Of a stretch of 56,948 nucleotides of DNA, positions 9,870 through 19,160 are shown in pieces (position 1 is the stretch's first letter; each line of letters begins with the position of its first letter). The notes under the pieces are model-generated. The model had not been told where the DNA came from. It ran no database searches and worked only from the letters and a program-made list of their open reading frames with translations. Source of the DNA: Mycobacteriaceae bacterium (GTDB lineage: Bacteria; Actinomycetota; Actinomycetes; Mycobacteriales; Mycobacteriaceae); contig JBOFCS010000055.1 in the NCBI GenBank assembly GCA_051646185.1, positions 1-56,948 of the forward strand, read 5' to 3'. The translations under genes and the position numbers were made by a program.

Positions 9870-10565
9870 CTAGGCTGAACTGTTGTGCTCTTGATCTTTG
9901 TCTAAACCATTTTCAATGGCATAACGAGTCAGTTCTACTCGGTTGCCTAATTGCAATTTCCGCAGGGTTGACTGCACGTGATTCTCCACAGTGCGATGAC
10001 TAAGAACAAGTCTGGTAGCAATCTGTTTAGCGCTCATGCCTTTTGCAACAAGACGAAGGACTTCAGTCTCACGGTCTGTCAGTTGCGGTAGGCTGCTATC
10101 AGAGCCTTCCGGGCCTGAAGAAATCCGGCGAAATTCTCCCAATACTAAACCTGCAAGCCCCGGGGTAAAAACAGCTTGACCTGCTGCCGTAGCCATTACC
10201 GCATCAATCAGTTCAGCTGCCGAAGCGCTTTTCACCAAATATCCCGAAGCTCCGGCTTTAATGGCTTCTAGGACATCGTCACGTTCAGCCGAAGCGGAAA
10301 GTATAAGCACCCTACTGGCCGGTGATACTTCAAGTAATTGAGCGGTTGCTTGCGCCCCATTACCATCTGTGAGCTGCATATCCATTAAAACCACTTGGGG
10401 TTGTACTGCTGCGGCAATTCGTCGAGTTGCAGCTACTCCGTCTGCGGTTGCCGCAATCACAAATCCGGCAGCTTCAAGATCTCTTGAGACACCATCGCGC
10501 CACATCGGGTGATCGTCAACCACCATCACCGAAGTTGGCTGTCCTTCTCGTTGATTATCTTTCAC
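9870..10565 (-). CDS. NarL/LuxR-family two-component response regulator
   Basis: Receiver domain (VMVVDDHPMWRDG, MDMQLTDGNG phospho-Asp context, K in AIKAGASGYLVK) plus a C-terminal LuxR HTH (LTDRETEVLRLVAKGMSAKQIA). Confidence 0.85.
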   Translation of the reverse strand: MKDNQREGQPTSVMVVDDHPMWRDGVSRDLEAAGFVIAATADGVAATRRIAAAVQPQVVLMDMQLTDGNGAQATAQLLEVSPASRVLILSASAERDDVLEAIKAGASGYLVKSASAAELIDAVMATAAGQAVFTPGLAGLVLGEFRRISSGPEGSDSSLPQLTDRETEVLRLVAKGMSAKQIATRLVLSHRTVENHVQSTLRKLQLGNRVELTRYAIENGLDKDQEHNSSA

Positions 10566-10574
10566 TTTATCCCC

Positions 10575-11801
10575 CTACCGCATCTGTTTTGGTATTCGTA
10601 TTTCCCATTCTGTTCCTTCTCCCGGTGCTGTTTGTAATGTGGCAATTCCACCCAGATCTCGAACTCGCCCTAGCAAGGAGGCCGATACCCCCAGTCGTCC
10701 TTCCGAAGCCGCTTGGGCTAATCGTCCTTCTGGGATTCCTGGACCATTATCTCTAATGCTCAGTACTACTTCAGTAGCTAAATCTTCAAGCAATACATAG
10801 GCTTTCGAATTTTCTCCAGCATGAATTTCTACATTAGATAGTGCTGCACCTAAAATAGCGACAAGTTTCATTGCCACCTGCTCGGGTAATACCACCGGTT
10901 GTCCCGGAGCTGATACTGAAACCATGACTGAGGTGCGTTTACGCAACAACGGACGCACATCTACCAATAAATTATCGGACACACTGCTTAGCACTGAGTT
11001 GTGGTGATGTTCAGAGATGAGCTCCCGGAGAGCTACTTCTTGTTCCCCGGCAAGAATGGCTAGTTCTGCTGCCGGACCACCTATTTCAGTTCCTTTTCGC
11101 TTCACCAAGGCAAGGACTTGCAGCACTCCATCATGGACTTCACGGGCTAGTCGTTCTCGTTCCTGCGTCGCTGCTGCTACTCTTGCCGCTTTCCGAAGTT
11201 CCTCATGCGCCCGAAAAGCCGTCTGCGCCGCCAAACCCAACGCCAAGCCCACTGACACTAAAACTGGCGCAGTGGCGTCCTGCCAGAGATTCCAGTGCAA
11301 TTGGGATCTCACCGCCGCACTAACACAAGAAAGCAATAGCGCAGAAATAACACCAAATAGCGGGCCACGTAAGACAGCTACCGCAATAACAGCATTGGTG
11401 ACCCATAACGTGGTTGGAAAGGTCTGATGATGGGTATACCAGTCTGCATCGGCAATCAATCTGGTTGACACCATCAGTGCAATAGCCATGACATGGTCAA
11501 CTACCACAATGATCCATGGTTTACACCAACTCTGGGATAAAGCGAGAGCCGAACCTCCTGACCACATTGCCATAATGGCAAATAAAATCCAGCTGAGTTG
11601 TTGGTTTTCATAGTATTGCACCGAAGCAATCTGAAATGTTAGTGCGTAAAGCTGGGTGAGCAATCTAAAGGCTTGGGAAGCCCGCCATAATGGCATAGTT
11701 GCTTCGTTGCCCAGTTCTGCGGAAAGATCCCGAACACTGCGTCGCTCTTCAGCAGTTATAGCACGTCCTGGTAATCGAATATTATTATTCATCTTGGGCA
11801 A
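10575..11801 (-). CDS. Sensor histidine kinase (HisKA_3 type) with multi-TM N-terminal sensor
   Basis: About 5 TM helices, an H-box RLAREVHDGVLQ, and an HATPase_c region (NVEIHAG..., IRDNGPGIP, GLLGRVRDLGG). Directly upstream of the response regulator. Confidence 0.8.
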   Translation of the reverse strand: MPKMNNNIRLPGRAITAEERRSVRDLSAELGNEATMPLWRASQAFRLLTQLYALTFQIASVQYYENQQLSWILFAIMAMWSGGSALALSQSWCKPWIIVVVDHVMAIALMVSTRLIADADWYTHHQTFPTTLWVTNAVIAVAVLRGPLFGVISALLLSCVSAAVRSQLHWNLWQDATAPVLVSVGLALGLAAQTAFRAHEELRKAARVAAATQERERLAREVHDGVLQVLALVKRKGTEIGGPAAELAILAGEQEVALRELISEHHHNSVLSSVSDNLLVDVRPLLRKRTSVMVSVSAPGQPVVLPEQVAMKLVAILGAALSNVEIHAGENSKAYVLLEDLATEVVLSIRDNGPGIPEGRLAQAASEGRLGVSASLLGRVRDLGGIATLQTAPGEGTEWEIRIPKQMR

Positions 11802-11810
11802 CTAGGTAAT

Positions 11811-13052
11811 TCAGTTTTCTGATACTGAATTATGTTCAGTATCAGTTTCAGTATGGTTTTCCATTTTTGGCACGAAACGATCCTTAGGGTGCACCGGATC
11901 GGGGGTAGCCGGGAATAGCGGCACATGCGGGTCTTCGACTTCAACTTCCGCATACACCGCGGCCTGATCTTCAGCAAGTAACGAGCGAATAGCGGTATTA
12001 AGCACTGCAACAATTGGTACCGCTAATAATCCACCAATGATGCCGCCTAAGAGGATGCCGGTTGCTATCGCCAGGACCACAGCCAACGGATGAATACGCA
12101 CTGCCCGACCAAGCAGTAGAGGTTGCAACACATGCCCTTCAAGCTGCATAACCCCAACAACAATGCCAAAGGTGATTACTGCTGAAACCAGCCCTTTGGT
12201 CACCAAGGCAATAAAAACTGCAACAAATCCAGTCAAAAACGCTCCAATGATAGGCACAAAAGCGCCCACAAAAACCAAAGAAGCCAATGGAAGTGCCAGT
12301 GGCACTTGAAGAACGGCGAGTCCCGCACCAATACCCAATGCATCAACCATAGCCACTGCTACTGTTGCCCGCACATAACCGACTAATGATCCAAAACCTA
12401 AGGATCCAGCTACGCGCACTTTTTCACGAGCATTTTTGGGGATGATTCTAGTGACAAATTCCCAAATCTGCGTTCCACCGTAGAGGAAAAAAATTAGAGT
12501 AAAAAGAGACAGTAATGCACCAGTGAGAACATGCCCGATGGTGGTAGCAGTGGTTAATGCTCCACTGGTAACGGTGTCTTTATTGTCTTGGATTGCGTTA
12601 ACAATATTGTCACCAGCAGCATCCAGCTGATCTTGACTGAAATGCAGCGGACCATCAGCGAGCCAGTCTTTGCCTTTATTAATGCTTGCTGTTGCTTGCT
12701 CACTGAGAGCTGGTAATCCCTCGATAAACTGCTCGATAACAAAAGTGAGAATGCCGGCAATAAAACCAATCCCGGCCATAAGCACTACAACCACCGCAAC
12801 TGAGCGGGGAATACCTTTTCGCTGCAACCAATCCACAACTGGTGATAACAGCGCCGCGCCAAGCAGCGCCAGCGCTACTGGAATAACCACTTCAGCCAAT
12901 TCGGAAACAAGGTAACCCACTGCGAATAGCGCAGCCAGCACAACAAGTAATCGCCAGGCCCACTCAGCGGCAATCACCACCATGGGATGCACTGATGCCG
13001 CTGGTGCCTCAGTTATATCGTCGGTATCAGGAGCTTTTTTGGCTGCACTCAC
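11811..13052 (-). CDS. AI-2E/PerM-family transporter (Rv0205-like)
   Basis: 413 aa with 7-8 TM helices. Typical AI-2E C-terminal region (QLEGHVLQPLLLGRAVRIHPLAVVLA). Confidence 0.75.
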   Translation of the reverse strand: MSAAKKAPDTDDITEAPAASVHPMVVIAAEWAWRLLVVLAALFAVGYLVSELAEVVIPVALALLGAALLSPVVDWLQRKGIPRSVAVVVVLMAGIGFIAGILTFVIEQFIEGLPALSEQATASINKGKDWLADGPLHFSQDQLDAAGDNIVNAIQDNKDTVTSGALTTATTIGHVLTGALLSLFTLIFFLYGGTQIWEFVTRIIPKNAREKVRVAGSLGFGSLVGYVRATVAVAMVDALGIGAGLAVLQVPLALPLASLVFVGAFVPIIGAFLTGFVAVFIALVTKGLVSAVITFGIVVGVMQLEGHVLQPLLLGRAVRIHPLAVVLAIATGILLGGIIGGLLAVPIVAVLNTAIRSLLAEDQAAVYAEVEVEDPHVPLFPATPDPVHPKDRFVPKMENHTETDTEHNSVSEN

Positions 13053-13139
13053 CAGACCAGCCTAGACCGAGCGTAAAAAAATTTGCGGAAACGCCCAGTA
13101 TGGGCCTGTTGGTTCCGTTAAATAGCAGTACTGGTTACT

Positions 13140-14252
13140 GTGATAGCTGTGCATCCCCCAGACACTCCACCCGAACACGCACCTACCGGTGCTCATGCGG
13201 AGCGTCCTCGCTTCTGGTGGTTGCGACGCTTTTTGATCGTAGTGGTTATTGGGATTTTGGCTATTGAAGCAATCTTAGTGTGGCCAACGCTCAGTAATTA
13301 TTGGAAAAATGTTGGTGAAATTCGGTGGGGTTGGGTGGCGGCTTCCATTGTTGCTGCTTTTGTCTCTATGGATAGTTTTGCTCAAATCCAGCGAACACTC
13401 CTTGCTGCGGCCGGAGTGAAAGTCCGGCAGCTTAAGTCAACTGCGGTGTATTTGGCGGCAAATTCATTGAGTGTCACCCTGCCGGGGGGGCCAGTCCTTT
13501 CCTCCACGTTCATTTATCGGCAGAGCAGACGTTGGGGCGCTACCCCAGTTATTGCATCTTGGCAATTGGTGATGTCAGGGGTATTACAGGGAATTGGGCT
13601 TGCTTTGCTCGGTTTAGGTGGGGCCTTGCTTGCCGGGGCAAAAACTAGTCCGTTCTCGGTGATTTTTACTTTGGGTGGATTTCTGGCTTTTTTAGTCCTT
13701 GCTCAGTACATCGCTGGACGGCCGGAGGCTTTGCAAGGTGTGGGTGCCACAGTTTTAGGCTGGATCAACGGGATTCGAAAAAAAGAGCCTGATCATGGTG
13801 TTGCACGTTGGGAAGAGATTCTTGCTCAACTTGAAGCGGTCCAGCTCAGTCGAAGAGATGGCGGAAAAGCCTTTGGCTGGTCATTATTGAACTGGATTGC
13901 TGATGTTGGCTGTTTGGCCTTTGCTTGTTATGCCGCAGGTGGGTATCCGAGTATCGCGGGTTTGGCCGTTGCCTACGCTGCTAGTAAGGCAGCAGGTGCT
14001 GCTATTCCCATCTTCCCAGGTGGGCTTGGGGTAGTGGAGATTGTCCTAGTTCCTGCCTTAGTCTCTAGCGGAATGACCGGTCCTGGAGCGCTTTCTGCCG
14101 TCATTATCTACCGTCTGGTGAGCTTTTTATTGGTAGCGATTGTGGGGTGGATCATCTTCTTTATCCTCTTTCGATCACTACGTAATATCGACCCAGATGT
14201 TGACCCTGGTGTGGACATTGAGGCGGAGTCTCCCGAGAGTTCTTCCTCGTAG
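13140..14252 (+). CDS. UPF0104 / LPG_synthase_TM (flippase-like) membrane protein
   Basis: 370 aa, multi-TM. Signature PGGLGVVE near the C-terminus. GTG start. Confidence 0.6.
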   Translation: MIAVHPPDTPPEHAPTGAHAERPRFWWLRRFLIVVVIGILAIEAILVWPTLSNYWKNVGEIRWGWVAASIVAAFVSMDSFAQIQRTLLAAAGVKVRQLKSTAVYLAANSLSVTLPGGPVLSSTFIYRQSRRWGATPVIASWQLVMSGVLQGIGLALLGLGGALLAGAKTSPFSVIFTLGGFLAFLVLAQYIAGRPEALQGVGATVLGWINGIRKKEPDHGVARWEEILAQLEAVQLSRRDGGKAFGWSLLNWIADVGCLAFACYAAGGYPSIAGLAVAYAASKAAGAAIPIFPGGLGVVEIVLVPALVSSGMTGPGALSAVIIYRLVSFLLVAIVGWIIFFILFRSLRNIDPDVDPGVDIEAESPESSSS

Positions 14253-14314
14253 CTGCACCCTCGGATACTCATCCGGCTAAGCATTTCATCGGTCTCAGTA
14301 CTACGGTAAGTCGT

Positions 14315-14698
14315 ATGCAGACTTCAGCGCCAAAGTTCACAACACTGGTTACCGTCGCAGCCACCGATGTTCTCTGCGTTCTTATTTTTGTGATGCTGGG
14401 ACGCAGGAGCCATGCCGAAGCAAGTTCCTTACTTGGTTTTCTCAACACTGCCTGGCCTTTCCTCACCGGTCTGGGGCTGGGCTGGGGCCTTGTTTATCGG
14501 TGGCGAGCCCCCCAAGATATTTTCCCTGCCGGAATCATCATCTGGATCAGTACCGTCACCTGCGCAATGATTCTTAGGGTACTTGTCGGACAGGGCACAG
14601 CCCTTAGTTTTATTGTTGTTGCCTCGGTGTTTACCGGGCTCTTTTTGCTTGGCTGGCGGGCTTTGTCTAAACTTTCCCGGGGTAAAACTCGCGGCTAA
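14315..14698 (+). CDS. DUF3054-like small membrane protein
   Basis: 127 aa with 4 TM helices. The FVMLGRRSHAE motif is typical of DUF3054. Confidence 0.5.
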   Translation: MQTSAPKFTTLVTVAATDVLCVLIFVMLGRRSHAEASSLLGFLNTAWPFLTGLGLGWGLVYRWRAPQDIFPAGIIIWISTVTCAMILRVLVGQGTALSFIVVASVFTGLFLLGWRALSKLSRGKTRG

Positions 14699-14723
14699 TA
14701 CTTTTCCGTGTCAGGGTTTCCCT

Positions 14724-16193
14724 ATGTCTACGACTCTTAGTTCCACCATCAAGAGCCCTACTGACCGCTTGTTTTTGGGTCAACCTTGGGGTTTAGCCAC
14801 TATTTTTGGGGTGGAAATGTGGGAAAGATTTTCCTTTTATGGCATGCAGGGGATTCTTGCTATTTATCTTTATTACTCCGTTTCTCTTGGTGGGCTTAAT
14901 CTTTCTGAGGTTTCCGCGACAAGCATTGTTGGGGCTTATGGTGGTCTGGTCTACCTTTCTACTATTTTTGCTAGTTGGGTGGCAGACCGCCTCTTAGGCA
15001 CTGAGCGAACGTTATTCTACAGCGCCATATTGGTTATGGCCGGGCATATCGCTCTATCGCTTCTACCTGGGCTCAGCGGGGTGGGAGTGGGTTTAATATG
15101 TATTGCGCTAGGCAGTGGTGGGGTAAAGGCTAATGCCACATCCCTAGTTGGTGATCTCTACGAAAAAGAAGATCCACGAAGGGATGCTGGGTTTTCAATT
15201 TTTTATATGGGCATCAACTTAGGGGCATTAATTGGCCCGCTTCTTACCGGGTACTTGCACGATACCCGAGGTTTTCACTGGGGATTTGGACTTGCTGCCA
15301 TCGGAATGGGGGTGGGCTTAATTCAGTATTCAATATTTCGAAAGAACTTGGGGGATAATGGAAAATACCCAACTTCACCTTTACCTTCATCATTACATAT
15401 TTATTATGCGGTAGGGTTTACCCTTGCCCTTGCCGCTATCGTGGCCCTATGCTTTAGCGGAGCCATACATAGTGAAGATTTATCGAATATCGTTGTTGCC
15501 TTAACAATTATTGCCGCTATTGGATATTTTTTGCTCTTGTTACGTAGCTCCAAAGTTACCTCCGTTGAGCGCAGTAGAATCTGGTCATTTATCCCTTTAT
15601 TTATAGGCAGTGCTGCATTCTGGGCACTATACCAACAACAATTTACCGTTGTTACCATTTACTCCGATAAACGCCTTGACCGCACGGTATTTGGCTGGAC
15701 TATCCCGGTCTCGTGGGTGCAGTCAATAAATCCAGTTTTTATTATTCTCCTTGCACCAGCATTTGCCGCACTGTGGACCAAACTTGGTCCACGGCAACCC
15801 ATAACACCAATAAAATTTTCTCTTGGCATAGCCATTATGGGTCTAGCTTTTGTACTATTTATACCGATGTCCGGCGCCGGTGCCCATTCAGCACCGTTGC
15901 TTGGGCTTATCGGCATTCTTTTTGTTTTTACTATCGCTGAACTACTACTGTCCCCAGTGGGACTTTCTATGTCAACAAAGTTGGCGCCCCAGGCTTTCCA
16001 TACTCAAATGGTTGCGTTGTTTTACCTATCGGTGGCGCTTGGAACGGCTTTGTCTGGGACGCTGGCTGGTTACTATACCGAAGAGAAAGAGAAGCAGTAC
16101 TTTCTTGTTCTTGGCGTTATTGCTATCGGAATTGGCGCATTAATCGGAACTTTTTCATCGACAATCAATAAACTTATGGCTGGTATTCACTAA
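14724..16193 (+). CDS. dtpT: POT/PTR2-family di-/tripeptide:proton symporter
   Basis: Start moved to ATG 14724 (MSTTLSSTIKSP...GQPWGLATIFGVEMWERFSFYGM). PTR2 signature FASWVADRLLGTERT. 14-TM MFS layout. Confidence 0.85.
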   Translation: MSTTLSSTIKSPTDRLFLGQPWGLATIFGVEMWERFSFYGMQGILAIYLYYSVSLGGLNLSEVSATSIVGAYGGLVYLSTIFASWVADRLLGTERTLFYSAILVMAGHIALSLLPGLSGVGVGLICIALGSGGVKANATSLVGDLYEKEDPRRDAGFSIFYMGINLGALIGPLLTGYLHDTRGFHWGFGLAAIGMGVGLIQYSIFRKNLGDNGKYPTSPLPSSLHIYYAVGFTLALAAIVALCFSGAIHSEDLSNIVVALTIIAAIGYFLLLLRSSKVTSVERSRIWSFIPLFIGSAAFWALYQQQFTVVTIYSDKRLDRTVFGWTIPVSWVQSINPVFIILLAPAFAALWTKLGPRQPITPIKFSLGIAIMGLAFVLFIPMSGAGAHSAPLLGLIGILFVFTIAELLLSPVGLSMSTKLAPQAFHTQMVALFYLSVALGTALSGTLAGYYTEEKEKQYFLVLGVIAIGIGALIGTFSSTINKLMAGIH

Positions 16194-16306
16194 TCCAGTA
16201 CCAACCTTACGGTAGTTTCCTTTTGTTCATCATGCTTGCCTAGGCTGACCGGAGTAGCTATCCATCACTGACCTAGTGTCAGTACAGCGACGGTTGAAAG
16301 GTTGTT

Positions 16307-17518
16307 ATGCGGTTATCTTTCCAAGCTGGTGTCATGACGCTGCTCGCAGCAAGCCTCTGCGCTTCTATGCCCGCCCAGGCAAGCCCGGCAGCCCTGTCGG
16401 GACAGTGCGTTTTTGCACCAGTCGAAGCAGAGTCAGGTACTGCCTTTGGGCCGGAGAAAATTATTCGGCTCTATCCTTCAGATCTACCGGCCCGTGGCAC
16501 CTATATTTCACTGCTGGATCAGTTCTCAACCTTAGCCACTGAGCACCCTGAGGTCATTGAACAAAATCTTGGTACCACCATCGCCATTAACAATTCAGCG
16601 TCGGCAGCAGAACAACAACGCGCCATCTCAGATAACTATAACGACCCGGCGAGTGAGCTTGCCGAATCACTTGGTAGTGCACTTGGTGAACAATATATTT
16701 CAGCATTAAAATCGGGTAAGTTACCCAAAGTTCGAGCCCTCATTGACGGTGCAGTTGCCCGTGCCGGGCTCTTAATGAGCTCCACTGTTATCGAAAAAGC
16801 TTTCTATAGTAACCCGCGTCCTTTTGTTGCTGCTCCTGAAAGCATTCAACATTACGATCGCGAAAACGGCAGCATTTACCAAGCAGTTTCCTTACCAGGC
16901 ACCGATGGTTCCTACCCTAGCGGCCATACCACCCAAGCCTATTGGAAAGCCTTCTTCCTCGCCTCCTGGCTCCCTGAGTTGGGCCCTCAGATTCTTGATC
17001 GGGCTTCCGAAGCTGGGCACAGTCGAATAATTTTAGGTGTGCACTACCCGCTAGATGTTATGGGCGGTCGCATGATGGGCTCGGCTGCTGCTGCTGACCG
17101 AATGTCTGATCCTGAGTTTCTCCCGCTAGTCCAAGAAGCTGGAGCAGAACTGAGAACTGTTCTTGAACAACAAATTGGCACTGACCTTAACACTTTTATT
17201 GAGTGCCACGATAAGTACAAATCTACATCAGACTCGGTGGCCGATTACCGCGAGCGAATGACATACGGTTTTACCAGACTCAGCGATGCTGATACTGAAG
17301 TGGACGTTCCTTGGGAGGCAGCCGCTTTGCTTCGTCCTGCACATCCTGAATTGACCGATGAACAACTTATTCAGGTGCTGCAACAAACCGCTTTAACGGC
17401 TGGTTACCCCTTAGACAAAACCGGACCGCAAGGCGGATGGCAGCGTCTTGATTTTGCCACGGCTTGGGTGGCGCAGGTCAGTATTGATATTGACGGTAAC
17501 GCAGTGGTACAGAACTAG
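16307..17518 (+). CDS. Secreted PAP2-superfamily acid phosphatase
   Basis: Signal peptide (LLAASLCASMPAQA). Phosphatase motifs K-x6-RP (KAFYSNPRP), PSGH (YPSGHT) and SR-x5-H-x3-D (SRIILGVHYPLD). Confidence 0.75.
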   Translation: MRLSFQAGVMTLLAASLCASMPAQASPAALSGQCVFAPVEAESGTAFGPEKIIRLYPSDLPARGTYISLLDQFSTLATEHPEVIEQNLGTTIAINNSASAAEQQRAISDNYNDPASELAESLGSALGEQYISALKSGKLPKVRALIDGAVARAGLLMSSTVIEKAFYSNPRPFVAAPESIQHYDRENGSIYQAVSLPGTDGSYPSGHTTQAYWKAFFLASWLPELGPQILDRASEAGHSRIILGVHYPLDVMGGRMMGSAAAADRMSDPEFLPLVQEAGAELRTVLEQQIGTDLNTFIECHDKYKSTSDSVADYRERMTYGFTRLSDADTEVDVPWEAAALLRPAHPELTDEQLIQVLQQTALTAGYPLDKTGPQGGWQRLDFATAWVAQVSIDIDGNAVVQN

Positions 17519-17534
17519 GGAGCGTCTGAACCTT

Positions 17535-17575
17535 CCTCAGGGGGTGTCAGCCACAATGGCTAACACCCCCTGAGG
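17535..17575. terminator. Bidirectional hairpin terminator between convergent genes
   Basis: CCTCAGGGGGTGT / ACACCCCCTGAGG is a perfect 13-bp stem, with an inner AGCCA/TGGCT pairing. It lies exactly between the stops at 17518 (+) and 17578 (-). Confidence 0.7.
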
Positions 17576-17577
17576 AT

Positions 17578-18618
17578 TTAGCCACAAATATCACGCAACT
17601 GCTCGATAAGCTTGACCCGGCCAGCTGTATCCTGAGCAATGAGGCTGACATTCAACGTGGTCACTCCCGAAGCAGCGAAAGCCGCTACTCGCTCTTTAAC
17701 GTAGGATTCGGTTCCAATCAGCGATATTGCCCGAACGAGTTCATCGGGAACAGCTGCTGCTGCTTCCTCTTTTTTTCCAGCCAGATAAAGATCTTGAATT
17801 TTTTCTGCTTCGGCTTCATACCCGTAACGGCACGCTAGGTCGTTGTAGAAGTTTTTACCTTTGGCGCCCATGCCACCGATATATAGCGCCATATGTGGCT
17901 TAACAGCTGCCAGATACTGATCAGCGTCATCACCTATTGCTAGGGCTGGGCTGGCAAAAACTTGAAGTTCGCCTAAAGCCGGATCGCGTTTTGCTTTGCC
18001 TTCGGCAAGTGCTGCACCCCAAACAGATTCCGCTTTTTCTGGGTGATACAAAATTGGTTCCCAGCCTTCAGCGATTTCAGCGGTCAAGGCAACATTTTTG
18101 GGACCAAGTGAAGCGATAACAACTGGGACTAGTTCACGAACTGGATAATTGATAAGTTTGAGAGGTTTTCCTAAACCAGTTCCCTTGCCCTCCGGCAGTG
18201 GAATCTGGTAGTACTTACCCTCATACTGCAGCTTCTCTCGGCGCCAGACCTGCCGGCAAATCTCAATAATTTCTCGGGTGCGGGCAAGCGGAGCGTCATA
18301 GCGCACCCCATGAAATCCTTCAATAACCTGTGGCCCGGAGGCACCAATGCCCATAACAAAACGGCCACCGGACACATAATCCAGACCTGCCGCTGTCATT
18401 GCAGTTAATGATGGGGTTCGGGTGTAGAGCTGAAAAATTCCTGATGCCAGTTCCACTGTTTGGGTTTTAGCCGCTAGATAACCAAGCTGACTTACCGCGT
18501 CAAATGAGTATGCCTCGGGCACAAAGATGATGTCTAGGCCTGCTCGTTCAAGCTCTGCTACCTCCTCTGCTGTCTCAATAAAGCCACCTGAATAGTTCAG
18601 ACCTGTGCCTATACGCAT
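17578..18618 (-). CDS. LLM-class (luciferase-like) flavin/F420-dependent oxidoreductase
   Basis: Start moved to ATG 18618 (MRIGTGLNYSGG; AAGGGAGAG SD). Typical LLM features: FVPEAYSFDAVSQLGYLAA, GIGASGPQVIEGFHG. Confidence 0.8.
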   Translation of the reverse strand: MRIGTGLNYSGGFIETAEEVAELERAGLDIIFVPEAYSFDAVSQLGYLAAKTQTVELASGIFQLYTRTPSLTAMTAAGLDYVSGGRFVMGIGASGPQVIEGFHGVRYDAPLARTREIIEICRQVWRREKLQYEGKYYQIPLPEGKGTGLGKPLKLINYPVRELVPVVIASLGPKNVALTAEIAEGWEPILYHPEKAESVWGAALAEGKAKRDPALGELQVFASPALAIGDDADQYLAAVKPHMALYIGGMGAKGKNFYNDLACRYGYEAEAEKIQDLYLAGKKEEAAAAVPDELVRAISLIGTESYVKERVAAFAASGVTTLNVSLIAQDTAGRVKLIEQLRDICG

Positions 18619-18727
18619 ATCTCTCCCTTTATTACGGCGGTACTTGTGAAGTGAACGGTACCTGGTGTGAGTCAAGTTTTTTGTGACCGGAGTGATCAGG
18701 TTGGTAAGCGTTCCGGTCCCCTCAGGT

Positions 18728-18765
18728 ATAGTTTGTGTACAAACTATTTGGATACAAACTATTTG
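18728..18765. promoter_or_regulatory. Candidate operator: 9-bp perfect inverted repeat plus third direct half-site
   Basis: ATAGTTTGT-GT-ACAAACTAT (18728..18747), followed by a second copy of TACAAACTATTTG (18738..18750 and 18753..18765). It sits in the divergent intergenic region just upstream of ATG 18774. Confidence 0.35.
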
Positions 18766-18773
18766 AGGTGGAA

Positions 18774-19154
18774 ATGACGACAACAAAGCGGCCACATCCC
18801 TTGCAATGGGTCGGTTATGTGTATGGCAAGCCCCTTCCCCCCTCTTGCCGCCAATGGGTAGCTAATGATTTAACCGGCGATCATGCCGTTAGCCGCCATC
18901 TTTTTCGTAGCGTTTTTTCTTTCCTCCCCATTTTTGGGGCATTCCTGTTGCTACCCGGGCCATTCCACCTACGAGCAGCTACCGTGCTCCTTGCCCTGTT
19001 TCTCGCCGTTTTCTTTTCTATGGTGTACATGTATCCCAACCGCGCTAGGCGACTACAAAAACATGGTTTAGATCCCAACCTGCAAAACCTCAAAAAACAG
19101 CAGGAAACCGAAACCACCAGAATTAATTACGAAAAGATGTTCCCACCTCGTTGA
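18774..19154 (+). CDS. DUF5313-like small membrane protein
   Basis: Start at ATG 18774 (GAGGTGGAA SD). MTTTKRPHPLQWVGYVYGKPLPPSCRQWVANDL followed by two TM helices. Family assignment is from memory of the N-terminal motif. Confidence 0.45.
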   Translation: MTTTKRPHPLQWVGYVYGKPLPPSCRQWVANDLTGDHAVSRHLFRSVFSFLPIFGAFLLLPGPFHLRAATVLLALFLAVFFSMVYMYPNRARRLQKHGLDPNLQNLKKQQETETTRINYEKMFPPR

Positions 19155-19160
19155 GGAATC

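Noticed and set aside
14583-14723. 47-codon N-terminal extension of the POT transporter ORF overlapping the DUF3054 gene
   Set aside because: The family-typical N-terminus starts at ATG 14724, and the extension overlaps the preceding gene in another frame.
18619-18795. 59-codon extension of the LLM oxidoreductase ORF, and the first 13 codons of ORF 18735..19154
   Set aside because: The extensions run through the palindromic intergenic region. Internal ATGs at 18618 and 18774 have good SDs and give family-typical N-termini.
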